A DNA stretch of 64,000 nucleotides from Chthonomonas calidirosea (GTDB lineage: Bacteria > Armatimonadota > Fimbriimonadia > Fimbriimonadales > Fimbriimonadaceae). This document shows positions 53,753-62,690 of the stretch, piece after piece; the stretch's first letter is position 1; the number at the start of each line of letters is the position of its first letter. The translations under genes and the position numbers were made by a program. A model generated the notes under the pieces. That model was not told the DNA's origin. It saw nothing but the letters and a program-made list of their open reading frames with translations, and made no database searches. The stretch lies in the NCBI GenBank assembly GCA_945859975.1, contig CAMAPH010000008.1, forward strand, positions 1-64,000. The letters are read 5' to 3'.

Positions 53753-55051
53753 ATGAACCAAACCTTTCACGACTGGCAGAGCCAAGCATGCCAAAGCGAC
53801 GACGCTCTCAGCCTCATCCAAAGCGGAGCCAAAGTTTTCATCCACGGGGCAAGCGCCACGCCGATCCCCTTGGTCCAGGCCCTCACGCGTTACTCCGGTG
53901 CCGAGGAGGTCACCACCTACCACCTCCACATCAACGGGGTCGAAGAACTCGGCTCGCCCGATGTTAGGCACATCCGGCCGGTCTCCCTTTTCACCGGCGC
54001 ACATTTGCGAAAGCCCATCAATCAGGGCTTTGCCGACCACGTCCCGATCTTCCTCTCCGATATTCCGAACCAGTTCTATTCGCGAAACATCGATCTAGAC
54101 GTTGCCCTCGTGCAGCTTTCCCCGCCCGATCGCCATGGCTACTGTTCCCTCGGCACCAGCGTCGATGCTGCCCGCGCCGCCGTCGATACCGCGCGCATCG
54201 TCATCGCCGAGATCAATGAGCAGATGCCGCGAACCTTCGGGGCATCTGCCGTCCACTTCAGCAAGGTCGCAAAGTTCATCCACACCAATCGCCCCCTCGG
54301 CGCGCACTCCGTAAAACAGCCATCCGCCGTTGAAGCGCAAATCGGCGACATCGTCGCCGAGTTGGTGACCGACTGCGCAACCTTGCAAATGGGCATCGGC
54401 GGAATCCCCGACGCCGTTCTCTCCCGCCTCCACAACCGGCAAGATCTCGGCGTCCATACCGAAATGTTCTCCGACGGTTTGGTCGATCTGTACAACGCCG
54501 GCGCCATTACGAACGCCCGAAAGACCATCCACCCTGGCCGAATCACCACCAGCTTTGTCACCGGAACGCAGAAAGTCTTCGATTTCGTCAACGACAATCC
54601 GCTCGTGGAATTCCACCCCTGCGATCGCACGAACGACACCAGCCTGATCCGGAAAAACGATAGCGTCGTCGCCATCAACTCCGCACTCCAAATCGACCTC
54701 TCCGGCCAAGTCTGCGCCGATTCCCTCGGCTACTCCATCTACTCCGGCATCGGCGGCCAAATGGACTTCATCCGCGGCGCTGCCCTCTCCCGCAACGGCA
54801 AACCCATCATCGCCCTCTCATCCACCGCCGCCGGCGGCACCATCTCCCGAATCGTCGCCAGCCTAAGCGAAGGCGCGGGCGTCGTCACCACCCGCGGCCA
54901 CGTCCACTATATCGTCACCGAATTCGGCGCCGTCAACCTCCACGGCAAGTCGCTCAGGCAAAGAGCCGAACTCCTAATCGGCATCGCCCATCCCGATTTT
55001 CGGAAAGAGCTCACCGACAAAATCAACCACGTCCGCTTCTTCCAGTTCTGA
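53753..55051 (+). CDS. acetyl-CoA hydrolase / 4-hydroxybutyrate CoA-transferase family
   Basis: LQMGIGGIP, HTEM, SGIGGQMDF, VTEFG, IAHPDFR. Confidence 0.93.
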   Translation: MNQTFHDWQSQACQSDDALSLIQSGAKVFIHGASATPIPLVQALTRYSGAEEVTTYHLHINGVEELGSPDVRHIRPVSLFTGAHLRKPINQGFADHVPIFLSDIPNQFYSRNIDLDVALVQLSPPDRHGYCSLGTSVDAARAAVDTARIVIAEINEQMPRTFGASAVHFSKVAKFIHTNRPLGAHSVKQPSAVEAQIGDIVAELVTDCATLQMGIGGIPDAVLSRLHNRQDLGVHTEMFSDGLVDLYNAGAITNARKTIHPGRITTSFVTGTQKVFDFVNDNPLVEFHPCDRTNDTSLIRKNDSVVAINSALQIDLSGQVCADSLGYSIYSGIGGQMDFIRGAALSRNGKPIIALSSTAAGGTISRIVASLSEGAGVVTTRGHVHYIVTEFGAVNLHGKSLRQRAELLIGIAHPDFRKELTDKINHVRFFQF

Positions 55052-55115
55052 AATCGCCTCAATTGTGTCTTCGGTTCGGTGGCCGAGGAGGAGGGGATAG
55101 CGAAGAAGACAAGCC

Positions 55116-55314
55116 CGTTTGAACCCCCTCTCCACTCCGGTGGACGAGGGGGCAGGGGGTGAGGACACGCACTGCCGAAACTCGGAACGCAATTGCTCAG
55201 CGTCCAAGCCCCCTCCTTTCGTTTCCGAACGAGAGGAGGGGGGTGGAGAGTCGTTTGAACCCCCTCTCCACTCCGGTGGACGAGGGAGCAGGGGGAGAGG
55301 ACGCACTGCCGAAA
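55116..55314. repeat. two ~64-bp REP-like palindromic repeats
   Basis: 35 nt CGTTTGAACCCCCTCTCCACTCCGGTGGACGAGGG identical at 55116 and 55252; similarity continues to ACGCACTGCCGAAA. Confidence 0.9.
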
Positions 55315-55344
55315 AGTTTCGCAGCACCACAACCTGTAATCGGC

Positions 55345-55620
55345 TCACTTTTCCCGCGACGCACGTGCTCGCCTACGGCAAAATTCCACATACTCCCAGA
55401 CACCCCAGACCACTAGCAGCAAGACACCGTAAAACGCAGTTGAAAGCATTCTGTCGCGTACCATTTCCGGCGAAAAGCGCGCGAGTGCTCTCTCGCGGTA
55501 CATAAAGAAGTCGAGCCATCTGCCGATATTCGCTAGAACTGTAAAAGGCACGAATACGCACGCAAACAACAGTACAAGCCGCCGAACTGAGTCGGCTCTG
55601 AACCTCACGTTAACAAGCAC
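55345..55620 (-). CDS. small 2-TM orphan membrane protein
   Basis: 91 aa, two hydrophobic helices, basic C-terminal tail. Confidence 0.5.
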   Translation of the reverse strand: MLVNVRFRADSVRRLVLLFACVFVPFTVLANIGRWLDFFMYRERALARFSPEMVRDRMLSTAFYGVLLLVVWGVWEYVEFCRRRARASREK

Positions 55621-55871
55621 CTTGAGTCATCGCAAATTTCGGCACTACACAAGAATGACATGCCCCAGATCCGTTGCTCTTTGGCAGCTTGAGATGTCAA
55701 CGGTATAGGGCTCTTTCCGCAATCTACTATGCTTACGCTTTCACCCTCACTCTCGGCCGTCTCTTTCCCGTTCCGATCGAAGGTGTAAGTAGTAAGAACC
55801 GCCCGCGGAACAGAAGTCACCATCCGCGACCCGGCATTGTTGTCCATCGTAATTGGGCTCGAACAACGTCC

Positions 55872-56279
55872 GACCCCGGTAGGGGTCAAAGAAGGTAGCC
55901 AGGCATTGAAACTTCCTGGTGAGCCAACCCGACCCGCAAAAGTCCAAGTCGCCCCGCGACCCCCGCGCGGACTGAAACCACCGACCACGCTCACATTGTA
56001 AGGCAACTCCGGTCGGTTTATGGAGTCAAATTCCAAAATCAAATCCGTACTTCAGAACGAAGCCGAACCAACCCGAACGCAGCCAAAGTAGCTCACTCGT
56101 CCCGAGTGAGTTCACCCAGCCAAATCTGGGCCCGAAGCCAAATCACCTGACCCCGTGAGGGGTCAAAGAAGGTAGCCAGGCATTGAAAATGCCTGGACCG
56201 CCAAACTGGCCCGGAAAATTCCACGGAGCAAAGCGACCCCCGCGCGGTCTGAAACTACCGACCACCTTCCCATGGTAAG
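55872..56279. repeat. two ~130-bp composite REP-like repeats, period 277 bp
   Basis: GACCCC-N4-GGGGTCAAAGAAGGTAGCCAGGCATTGAAA...GCGACCCCCGCGCGGWCTGAAACYACCGACCAC at 55872-56002 and 56149-56279. Confidence 0.9.
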
Positions 56280-56379
56280 CCCAGGCATCCAACTGTGACG
56301 AGACAATTTTCAAAGTCAACTCCGAACACAACGACATCGAAAGGGGCGTGCCCCAGCAACTCCGAATCCGTGGGTGTCA

Positions 56380-57117
56380 CTAGCCCTTGTGATCGACCAC
56401 CACTAGCATACAAACTGCCGTTTTGCGAACTTCTGGGTCTACATCATCGAGCAACTTTGCAATCTCGAACCGCGTTTCAGGACCTCTGGTTGTAGCTAGA
56501 GCTTGGATTGCGTACCTCCTCACCTTTGCTGAAGGATGGGCGAGATGCGATACAACTGCCTTCCACCAAATTGTCGAATCAAACCGATACGATTGCAGCA
56601 TGACGGCACACAACCCACTTAAAATATTGGGTTCCCTAGCTTCCTGCTCTAATATATCTACGACAAACTTGATATCAAACATCGAATGTTCTCGCGACAT
56701 GGCGATGAGAACAGCGGCTCTTAGATGAGTATTGCGGATTGAAGAGTAGAACTGTAAAAGGCTTGAGTGCGAAGACTCGGAGTCAATCTCCCCGATAGCG
56801 CACAAAATTGACGCAAAAAAGATGCGGTCTCTTTCTTTGGGAAGCGTATTTTCGTCGCATTCTTCCGATTGAATGCGATTGGCCACGGACCAAGCTGAGT
56901 CTTCCAAGGCCCTAAGTCCCCGCCGACACCGAAGCGCACGAAGCATATTGAGACAGTACATCTGATCATCCGTTGCATCGCAAGAAGATCTGACTTCAGC
57001 TAACAGTAAGCCGCACACGGTGGACCTTGTAGGATGCTTTCGCCGCATCCTGTCTATAAAATCAAGTAACTCAGGACTCAACCCAATGTGTCGGTAGAAC
57101 CTCATAGATTTGGTCAT
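56380..57117 (-). CDS. HEAT-repeat protein
   Basis: C-terminal HPSAKVRRYAIQAL and LLDDVDPEVRKTAV; more AT-rich than the flanks. Confidence 0.7.
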   Translation of the reverse strand: MTKSMRFYRHIGLSPELLDFIDRMRRKHPTRSTVCGLLLAEVRSSCDATDDQMYCLNMLRALRCRRGLRALEDSAWSVANRIQSEECDENTLPKERDRIFFASILCAIGEIDSESSHSSLLQFYSSIRNTHLRAAVLIAMSREHSMFDIKFVVDILEQEAREPNILSGLCAVMLQSYRFDSTIWWKAVVSHLAHPSAKVRRYAIQALATTRGPETRFEIAKLLDDVDPEVRKTAVCMLVVVDHKG

Positions 57118-57328
57118 AGTCCATCTTCCGTTAGCTGTTTGATGATCCAGTCCGTCGTAGCCCGGGCCCTAGCCAAGCGCCCCGAACTCGTGATCGGTCG
57201 AACTGATGTCGCCTGCCTCGTTCCCATTGTAATCTAAGCTACAACACCTCGGGAACGCGTTGTAACCTGAGAAATTCCAGATGAGGCGAAAAAACCCGGA
57301 ACGTCACCCAAGTCCACGGTCCCCAAAC

Positions 57329-57970
57329 CTACTTTGCCACCGTGCCCGCTGAGCGCGCTCCCGCGAGAAGCTCCTTGTATCGAGTCTCGGATAGAACCTT
57401 TTCCGAAAACGATCCACTTTCGATGACAGCCCGGAACCGCCGGATTTCATTGTCCAGAGAATCGTAAGCGGCCGATCTAAGCGCGGGTTCCGGCACTGCG
57501 ATCCTCTGCAACCCATGAATGACTTCTAAATGGCCCCATCGCTCGCTTAGGCAAGCGTCCGGAATGACAAGCTCCCTACAATTGACCTCTACCGAACTCA
57601 GCTTTTCGATCCAATCTAAGGCTACGACTCTAATAGCCTTGCCATCCGGGCGTTTTGCCCGCTCTCCTAATCCAATCGTCAAGATCATCCAGTCCGAGAC
57701 CCAGGTCAAGTTTTGATTCGGATTCGTAGCGCCGATCCGATTCATATCTTCCAGCAGCCGAGTAACTGCGCGGACCACGTCCTCGTTTGATGCTTTCTTA
57801 CTCCGGGCTAAGATAGAAGCCGCAATCTCATCTGGGACAAGCACTTTCGGTTTTTTGAGCTTAGTCACCGGGATCGACCGATTATCGTCTCCGGAAGATT
57901 GGCAACCCGCGGCAGAGATCACCGCAAGACACGCACACCACAGAGTTGCCTTTAGCTTTGGCCGTACCAT
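57329..57970 (-). CDS. orphan lipoprotein
   Basis: Lipobox AAGC after a basic/hydrophobic N-terminus; AAGGA SD. Confidence 0.65.
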   Translation of the reverse strand: MVRPKLKATLWCACLAVISAAGCQSSGDDNRSIPVTKLKKPKVLVPDEIAASILARSKKASNEDVVRAVTRLLEDMNRIGATNPNQNLTWVSDWMILTIGLGERAKRPDGKAIRVVALDWIEKLSSVEVNCRELVIPDACLSERWGHLEVIHGLQRIAVPEPALRSAAYDSLDNEIRRFRAVIESGSFSEKVLSETRYKELLAGARSAGTVAK

Positions 57971-58098
57971 CTAGTCCTTTCCACACCCAACAGCAAAAGT
58001 CCGAGGACCACAGCACACCCCGTTCGGACGCAAACTGACAATCACAACCCCAGTGTAAATCAAATCTGGGCCCTTGACTTGGTCAAATTCCAGAGAGC

Positions 58099-58386
58099 AA
58101 ATCCGAACCCCCGAACAAACCCGAACGAACCCGAACCCAAAAAAGTTGGTTGACTTTCCGCCCCACCAGCACCTATAAGCTAGATGCAATCCAGCCACCC
58201 AGCAAGGCCACCGAAACCCGATTCCGACGGATCCAAAGCGGCACGCGAAAAGTTAATTTACACTCGTCGCCAAGGCGGGAGCATTTATAAATAAATTCTC
58301 GGACCAAGAACCAGACCGCAGAATGCGGGCCCGCGACGTCCCACATTCGGATCGAAACCAACCCGAACTCCCGAACCAACCCGAAC
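58099..58386. repeat. phased CCGAAC direct-repeat arrays
   Basis: CCGAAC at 58103, 58111, 58121, 58131 and at 58363, 58371, 58381; related array at 56045-56078. Confidence 0.8.
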
Positions 58387-58536
58387 CTAAAACGACCTGT
58401 AATTAGTTAATCCGCCTGAGGGGGAACGTTAATTAATTCGGCCGCACAGGCCCCAAAGAGCCACCCAAGGCCACTCAAAGCGCGAAGCTCAAGGCGCAAA
58501 GCTCAAAGCGCCGCCCCAAGGCCATACTATTTGCCG

Positions 58537-59256
58537 ATGACGGCAATAATCCCCGCCGCCGGGAAAGGCGTTCGAATGCAGGCCCTCACCGGTGGGCTGC
58601 CAAAGGAGCTGCTGCCGCTGGGCGGAAAGACCGTGCTCGGCCGGATCGTCGAAGAGGCACAAACCGTCGCCGAACGTGTCATCGTCGTATCCGCTCCCGA
58701 TAAGCCGGAGATCGAAACCTGGGCCGATGAGAACGATGTCGAACTCGTTTACCAATACGAGCGGCACGGATTCGCCGACGCCGTCGCTTGCGCCGATGTC
58801 GAGGATGACGTCGTCGTCCTCCTCGGAGATTGCCCCTACCACGGCGGTTCGCCCCTGAAACGAATGACCAACATCGTTCTTCGCGGAATCGACGGCTGCA
58901 TCGCCGTCGAAGAAGTGTCCGAAGAAGCCATGTCGCGCTACGGAATCACCGAAGTCAACGACTGGGGCGGCATCACGAACATTTTGGAAAAGCCGAAACC
59001 GGACCAAACCGCCAGCCGCTGGGCCATCGCCGCGCGCTACGCCTTTTCGATTCGGACAATGGCGCAAATCCAGCGCGTCGTCGCCGAGCAAAAAGCCGCT
59101 CGTCCCGGACAAGAAGTTGGACTCACCGAAGTCATCGTAACCCTCATTAAGGAAGGAGCCGACTTCAAAGCCGCCGCCCTGCAAGACGGCCAACGCCGCG
59201 CCGATTGCGGAACGCCGAGCGAATACGAAGCCGCCCAGAGGTTGCGATGGAACTAA
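58537..59256 (+). CDS. sugar-1-phosphate nucleotidyltransferase (GalU-like)
   Basis: AIIPAAGKGVRM, PKELLP, GFADAV, LLGD, RYGI, EKP, DCG. Confidence 0.88.
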   Translation: MTAIIPAAGKGVRMQALTGGLPKELLPLGGKTVLGRIVEEAQTVAERVIVVSAPDKPEIETWADENDVELVYQYERHGFADAVACADVEDDVVVLLGDCPYHGGSPLKRMTNIVLRGIDGCIAVEEVSEEAMSRYGITEVNDWGGITNILEKPKPDQTASRWAIAARYAFSIRTMAQIQRVVAEQKAARPGQEVGLTEVIVTLIKEGADFKAAALQDGQRRADCGTPSEYEAAQRLRWN

Positions 59257-60176
59257 CCGTCAAGTTCAGCGCCCCCGGCCGCTGCGGCATTATCGGCAAC
59301 CCGAGCGACATCTACGGCGGAAGGGTCCTCTCCTGCTCCCTCCCGCTCCGGAACAGCGTTATGATCCAAACCGGCAAAACCGCCGAACCGAATCTGCCCG
59401 ACGACCGGCGGCTCTGGAACGCCGCTCTAGCCGAGCTGCCGCTAAGCGTTCCGGTGAAATCGGTCGAGTACCACAGCGAGGTACCAAAATCCAGCGGCCT
59501 CGCCGGGTCAACTGCCCTGCTCTCCGCCCTCGTCGCCGCGATCCGCTTCTTGCGAAACGAGCCGTTCCACCCCAGCCCAGAGCTGGCCGAGCAGGTTCGG
59601 TACATCGAGCGACACCACGCCGAGGTCATGTGCGGCTACCAAGACGCCTACATGACCGTCCACGGCGGCCTGCAACTGATGAACTTCGCTGGAAAGCACC
59701 CGGTCCAACCCGGCCCCGCCGCTTCCCTGAAACCGATCGAAGCCGAACTGCCGTTCCTGATCATCACCACCGGCGTCGAGCGCCTCAGCGGCAGCGTCCA
59801 CGGCCCCATGTCGGAACGCTGGCTAGAAGGTGAGACCGCTGTTGTAGACGGAATCGCCGCCATCTCCGCCCTCGCCGAGCCCGGCGCAGCCGCGCTTCAA
59901 TCCGGCGACTGGAGCACCCTAGCCGCGGCGATGACCGAAAACCAGCGCATCATCCGCGAACTCGGCGGATCGGGCGACCAGATCGACGAACTGATCGCCC
60001 GCTGTCTGGAGCACGGAGGTTTCTCGGCCAAACTCGCCGGAGCCGGCTTGGGCGGAACGGTCATCGCGCTCACGCAAGACGCCGCAGGGTTAGAAGAAAA
60101 GCTCAGGGAAAATGGCTACTCCCGATTCACCCGACCCGTGATTTCCGAAGGCGTTCGACAAGAAACTTCGGGGTAA
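59247..60176 (+). CDS. GHMP-family sugar kinase, glucuronokinase-like
   Basis: APGRCGIIGNPSD, PKSSGLAGS, CGYQD, AKLAGAGLGG. Confidence 0.85.
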   Translation: MELTVKFSAPGRCGIIGNPSDIYGGRVLSCSLPLRNSVMIQTGKTAEPNLPDDRRLWNAALAELPLSVPVKSVEYHSEVPKSSGLAGSTALLSALVAAIRFLRNEPFHPSPELAEQVRYIERHHAEVMCGYQDAYMTVHGGLQLMNFAGKHPVQPGPAASLKPIEAELPFLIITTGVERLSGSVHGPMSERWLEGETAVVDGIAAISALAEPGAAALQSGDWSTLAAAMTENQRIIRELGGSGDQIDELIARCLEHGGFSAKLAGAGLGGTVIALTQDAAGLEEKLRENGYSRFTRPVISEGVRQETSG

Positions 60177-60186
60177 CGTTTCGGGC

Positions 60187-61017
60187 ATGACCGACTTTGT
60201 TCTCACCGGTTTCGCCGACGAAATCAGCCCCGACCTCGGAGTCCAGCTCGACACCATCTCCGGCCTCGGCATCAAAGGTCTCGACCTCCGCGGCGTCAAT
60301 GGCCTCAACGTGCTGGCCCTATCCGACGATGACTTGAAGACAGTGAAGGAAAAGTGCGATCAATTCGGCCTCCACGTCAGCTGCATCGGCTCCCCGGTCA
60401 ACAAGGTTGGCCTTACTCCGGAAAACCGAAAGGGCGAATTCGAAAAGCTCGAAAAGGCCATCCACGCCGCCAAACTCACCGGCACCGATCGAATCCGCTT
60501 CTTCAGCCCCGAAGTCGGCCCGGACGAAAATGAATCCAAGCGCGATGATGTCCTCGACTGGGTCCGCGAGCAAGTCGCCCTCGCCACCGACCACGGCATG
60601 ATCCTCCTCCACGAAAACGACGGCCGATTCTGGGGCGCCTATCCGGAGAACGCCAAAATTCTCTTCGAGGAAATCACCACGAAGCACCTCGTCGCCGCCT
60701 TCGACTTCGCCAACACCGTCCTCATCGGCTACCGCCCAATGACCGACTGGTTCCCCTGGCTCCTTCCCCACCTCCACACCCTCCACATGAAGGACGCTCT
60801 CGAAGCCGAGCACAAAGTCGTCCCCGTCGGCCAAGGCGAAGGCCAGGTCGAGGAAACCCTCCGCTGGCTCATCGGCCAAGGCTGGAGCGGCCCGCTGACG
60901 CTGGAACCGCACCTCCAAGCCGCCGGCACTTTCGGTGGCTTCAGCGGCCCGCAGCTCTTCGAAGTCGCGACGAACGCGGTCAAAACGACCCTGCAAAAGG
61001 CTCACGAACCCGCATGA
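60187..61017 (+). CDS. sugar phosphate isomerase/epimerase (xylose isomerase-like TIM barrel)
   Basis: GFADEI, LLHEN, FDFAN, LHMKD, LTLEPH. Confidence 0.88.
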   Translation: MTDFVLTGFADEISPDLGVQLDTISGLGIKGLDLRGVNGLNVLALSDDDLKTVKEKCDQFGLHVSCIGSPVNKVGLTPENRKGEFEKLEKAIHAAKLTGTDRIRFFSPEVGPDENESKRDDVLDWVREQVALATDHGMILLHENDGRFWGAYPENAKILFEEITTKHLVAAFDFANTVLIGYRPMTDWFPWLLPHLHTLHMKDALEAEHKVVPVGQGEGQVEETLRWLIGQGWSGPLTLEPHLQAAGTFGGFSGPQLFEVATNAVKTTLQKAHEPA

Positions 61018-61760
61018 AGTTCGGAATGTGCGGATCGCTCGACGAAGCCCCGCTGATCCTCGAGGCCGGCTTTGACTACGTCGAAGGCTGGGCAGCGAAC
61101 CTGTTCTCGCCCACCGTCGAACCCGACGCCCGAATCGCGGATAGCCGAATCATTCGAACCAACGGATTCTTCGGCGGCGACGTGAAGATCTACGACGCCA
61201 CCCAAGCCGCCATCGACCGCGGCGTCGCCACTGCGCTCAACGCAGCCGAAGCGGGAGTCGAGCTGATGGTCGTCGGCAGCGGCGGCGCCCGCCGCGCCCC
61301 GGAAGGTGCCCCCGCTTCGGCCTACACGGCGATCTTCATGTCGGTGGTTGGCGCAATCCAAGCCTCAGTCGGCGACCGAATCATCCTTGCGCCAGAGCCG
61401 CTCAACCGATTCGAGTGCAACGTAGGAACCGACCTTTCGGAAATGGCCGCACTCAGCGAGGTCGTAGGCTGCAAGTACTGCGCCGACTCCTACCACGTGC
61501 TCAAGGAATGGGCCGAAGACGAGGTTCCGGCGACGATCCAGAACTGGCGCCTCGCCATGCCCTTCGCCCCCGCGCACGTCCACATTTCCGGTGGCGATCG
61601 CAAGCCACCACGAGCGGACGACCCGGACCTGCAAACCTTCGTTGCCCGCCTCAAAGAGTTCGGCTACGACGGCACGGTCAGCGTTGAGGCCAGTCGCGAA
61701 GCGACGTTGGAGTCCTTCCAAGCAATCCTCGCCGAACTGCGCAATCTATTCGCCCGCTAG
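61014..61760 (+). CDS. sugar phosphate isomerase/epimerase (TIM barrel)
   Basis: GFDYVE, GSGGAR, EPLNRFE, DSYH, HVHI, GYDGTVSVE. Confidence 0.85.
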   Translation: MKFGMCGSLDEAPLILEAGFDYVEGWAANLFSPTVEPDARIADSRIIRTNGFFGGDVKIYDATQAAIDRGVATALNAAEAGVELMVVGSGGARRAPEGAPASAYTAIFMSVVGAIQASVGDRIILAPEPLNRFECNVGTDLSEMAALSEVVGCKYCADSYHVLKEWAEDEVPATIQNWRLAMPFAPAHVHISGGDRKPPRADDPDLQTFVARLKEFGYDGTVSVEASREATLESFQAILAELRNLFAR

Positions 61761-62665
61761 GCTGAAACGCGGAGGAAGCTGAGCAAATCGGCTTCCTCCA
61801 ACTTCGGCTCACCCGGCGCGACATTGTCCAGCTTCCCCGCCCGCATCCAAGCCTCCAATCGATCCACAAGGTCGAACAAGTGGTCAAACGATTCGACCCA
61901 AAACAGCACGGGTTGGAAGTGGTCGATCTCAAAAGACTGATTGATCACCCACTCCAGCTGAAGCGGATACCTCTGAACCTTTGGCGAAACGATGGAATGC
62001 TCGATCTCGCCGTAGCTGCTCAACAGGCCGCTGCCGTAAACCTTCAGCCCTTTCGGGCTATTCATGAGCCCGAACTCGATGGTGAACCAGAAGAACCGCG
62101 CCATCGCCTGGATGATGCTGGTCAGGCGTTGAATACGCTCGGTTTCGTCCGAGATGCTGTTCACGATCTCCGCCGCCGTATGCGCGCAGTCTCCAAACCG
62201 AACTAAAGCATCGGCAAAGGCGCGATCCGTATGCATCGGAACGTGCCCAGCGATATCGTGGAAGATGTCCGGCTCGGGCAAGTAATCCAGTCGGTCGCTG
62301 CGCCGAATCGTAATGGTCGTTGGGAACTCACGATTCCTCAAGCAGTCGAAAAACAGAAACGCCGGAACGTAGCCACTGACCGCTTTAGCTCGGAATCCCG
62401 TAAGCGGATCCAGGAACCGGTTAACGTCTTCTAGCCGAGGCACTTGATTCGGATCGAGGCAGAGTGACTCGATCCCTTTAAGAAACCACGCGTTGGCGTA
62501 TAGCTCCCATCGAGGCTGCATCCGCTCGAATAGGCGCGCCCACGCCAAGTGGTTCTCCTCCGAGTAGAGCTCGAACGGCTGCTGAATATAAAGCTGGCCG
62601 CTGGCCTGCGCTTCCTCGATAAAGGGCGACTCCGTTGTCGTGAGACCGCTTAATCTCGTTGCCAC
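61757..62665 (-). CDS. phhA: phenylalanine 4-monooxygenase family
   Basis: DYLPEPDIFHDIAGHVP, FWFTIEFGL, YGSGLLSSYGE. Confidence 0.9.
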   Translation of the reverse strand: MATRLSGLTTTESPFIEEAQASGQLYIQQPFELYSEENHLAWARLFERMQPRWELYANAWFLKGIESLCLDPNQVPRLEDVNRFLDPLTGFRAKAVSGYVPAFLFFDCLRNREFPTTITIRRSDRLDYLPEPDIFHDIAGHVPMHTDRAFADALVRFGDCAHTAAEIVNSISDETERIQRLTSIIQAMARFFWFTIEFGLMNSPKGLKVYGSGLLSSYGEIEHSIVSPKVQRYPLQLEWVINQSFEIDHFQPVLFWVESFDHLFDLVDRLEAWMRAGKLDNVAPGEPKLEEADLLSFLRVSA

Positions 62666-62690
62666 AGGTCTAGGATATCACTTGGACCGG

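Noticed and set aside
55116..55314. Possible CRISPR array (35-nt repeat starting near GTTTGAAC)
   Set aside because: Only two copies, 136 bp apart; similarity runs on beyond the repeat; no cas genes in the window
55605..56337. ORFs 55605..56042 and 56143..56337 sharing FNAWLPSLTP as paralogous genes
   Set aside because: The shared peptide is just the translation of the palindromic DNA repeat
55345..57970. Integron cassette array
   Set aside because: No convincing RYYYAAC...GTTRRRY attC pairs found after the ORFs and no integrase
58200..58440. Chromosomal oriC or dif site
   Set aside because: No TTATCCACA boxes or dif-like palindrome seen, and no visible skew switch
58474..58511. 14-bp tandem repeat CTCAARGCGCRAAG
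   Set aside because: Under three copies in non-coding DNA; no evidence of function
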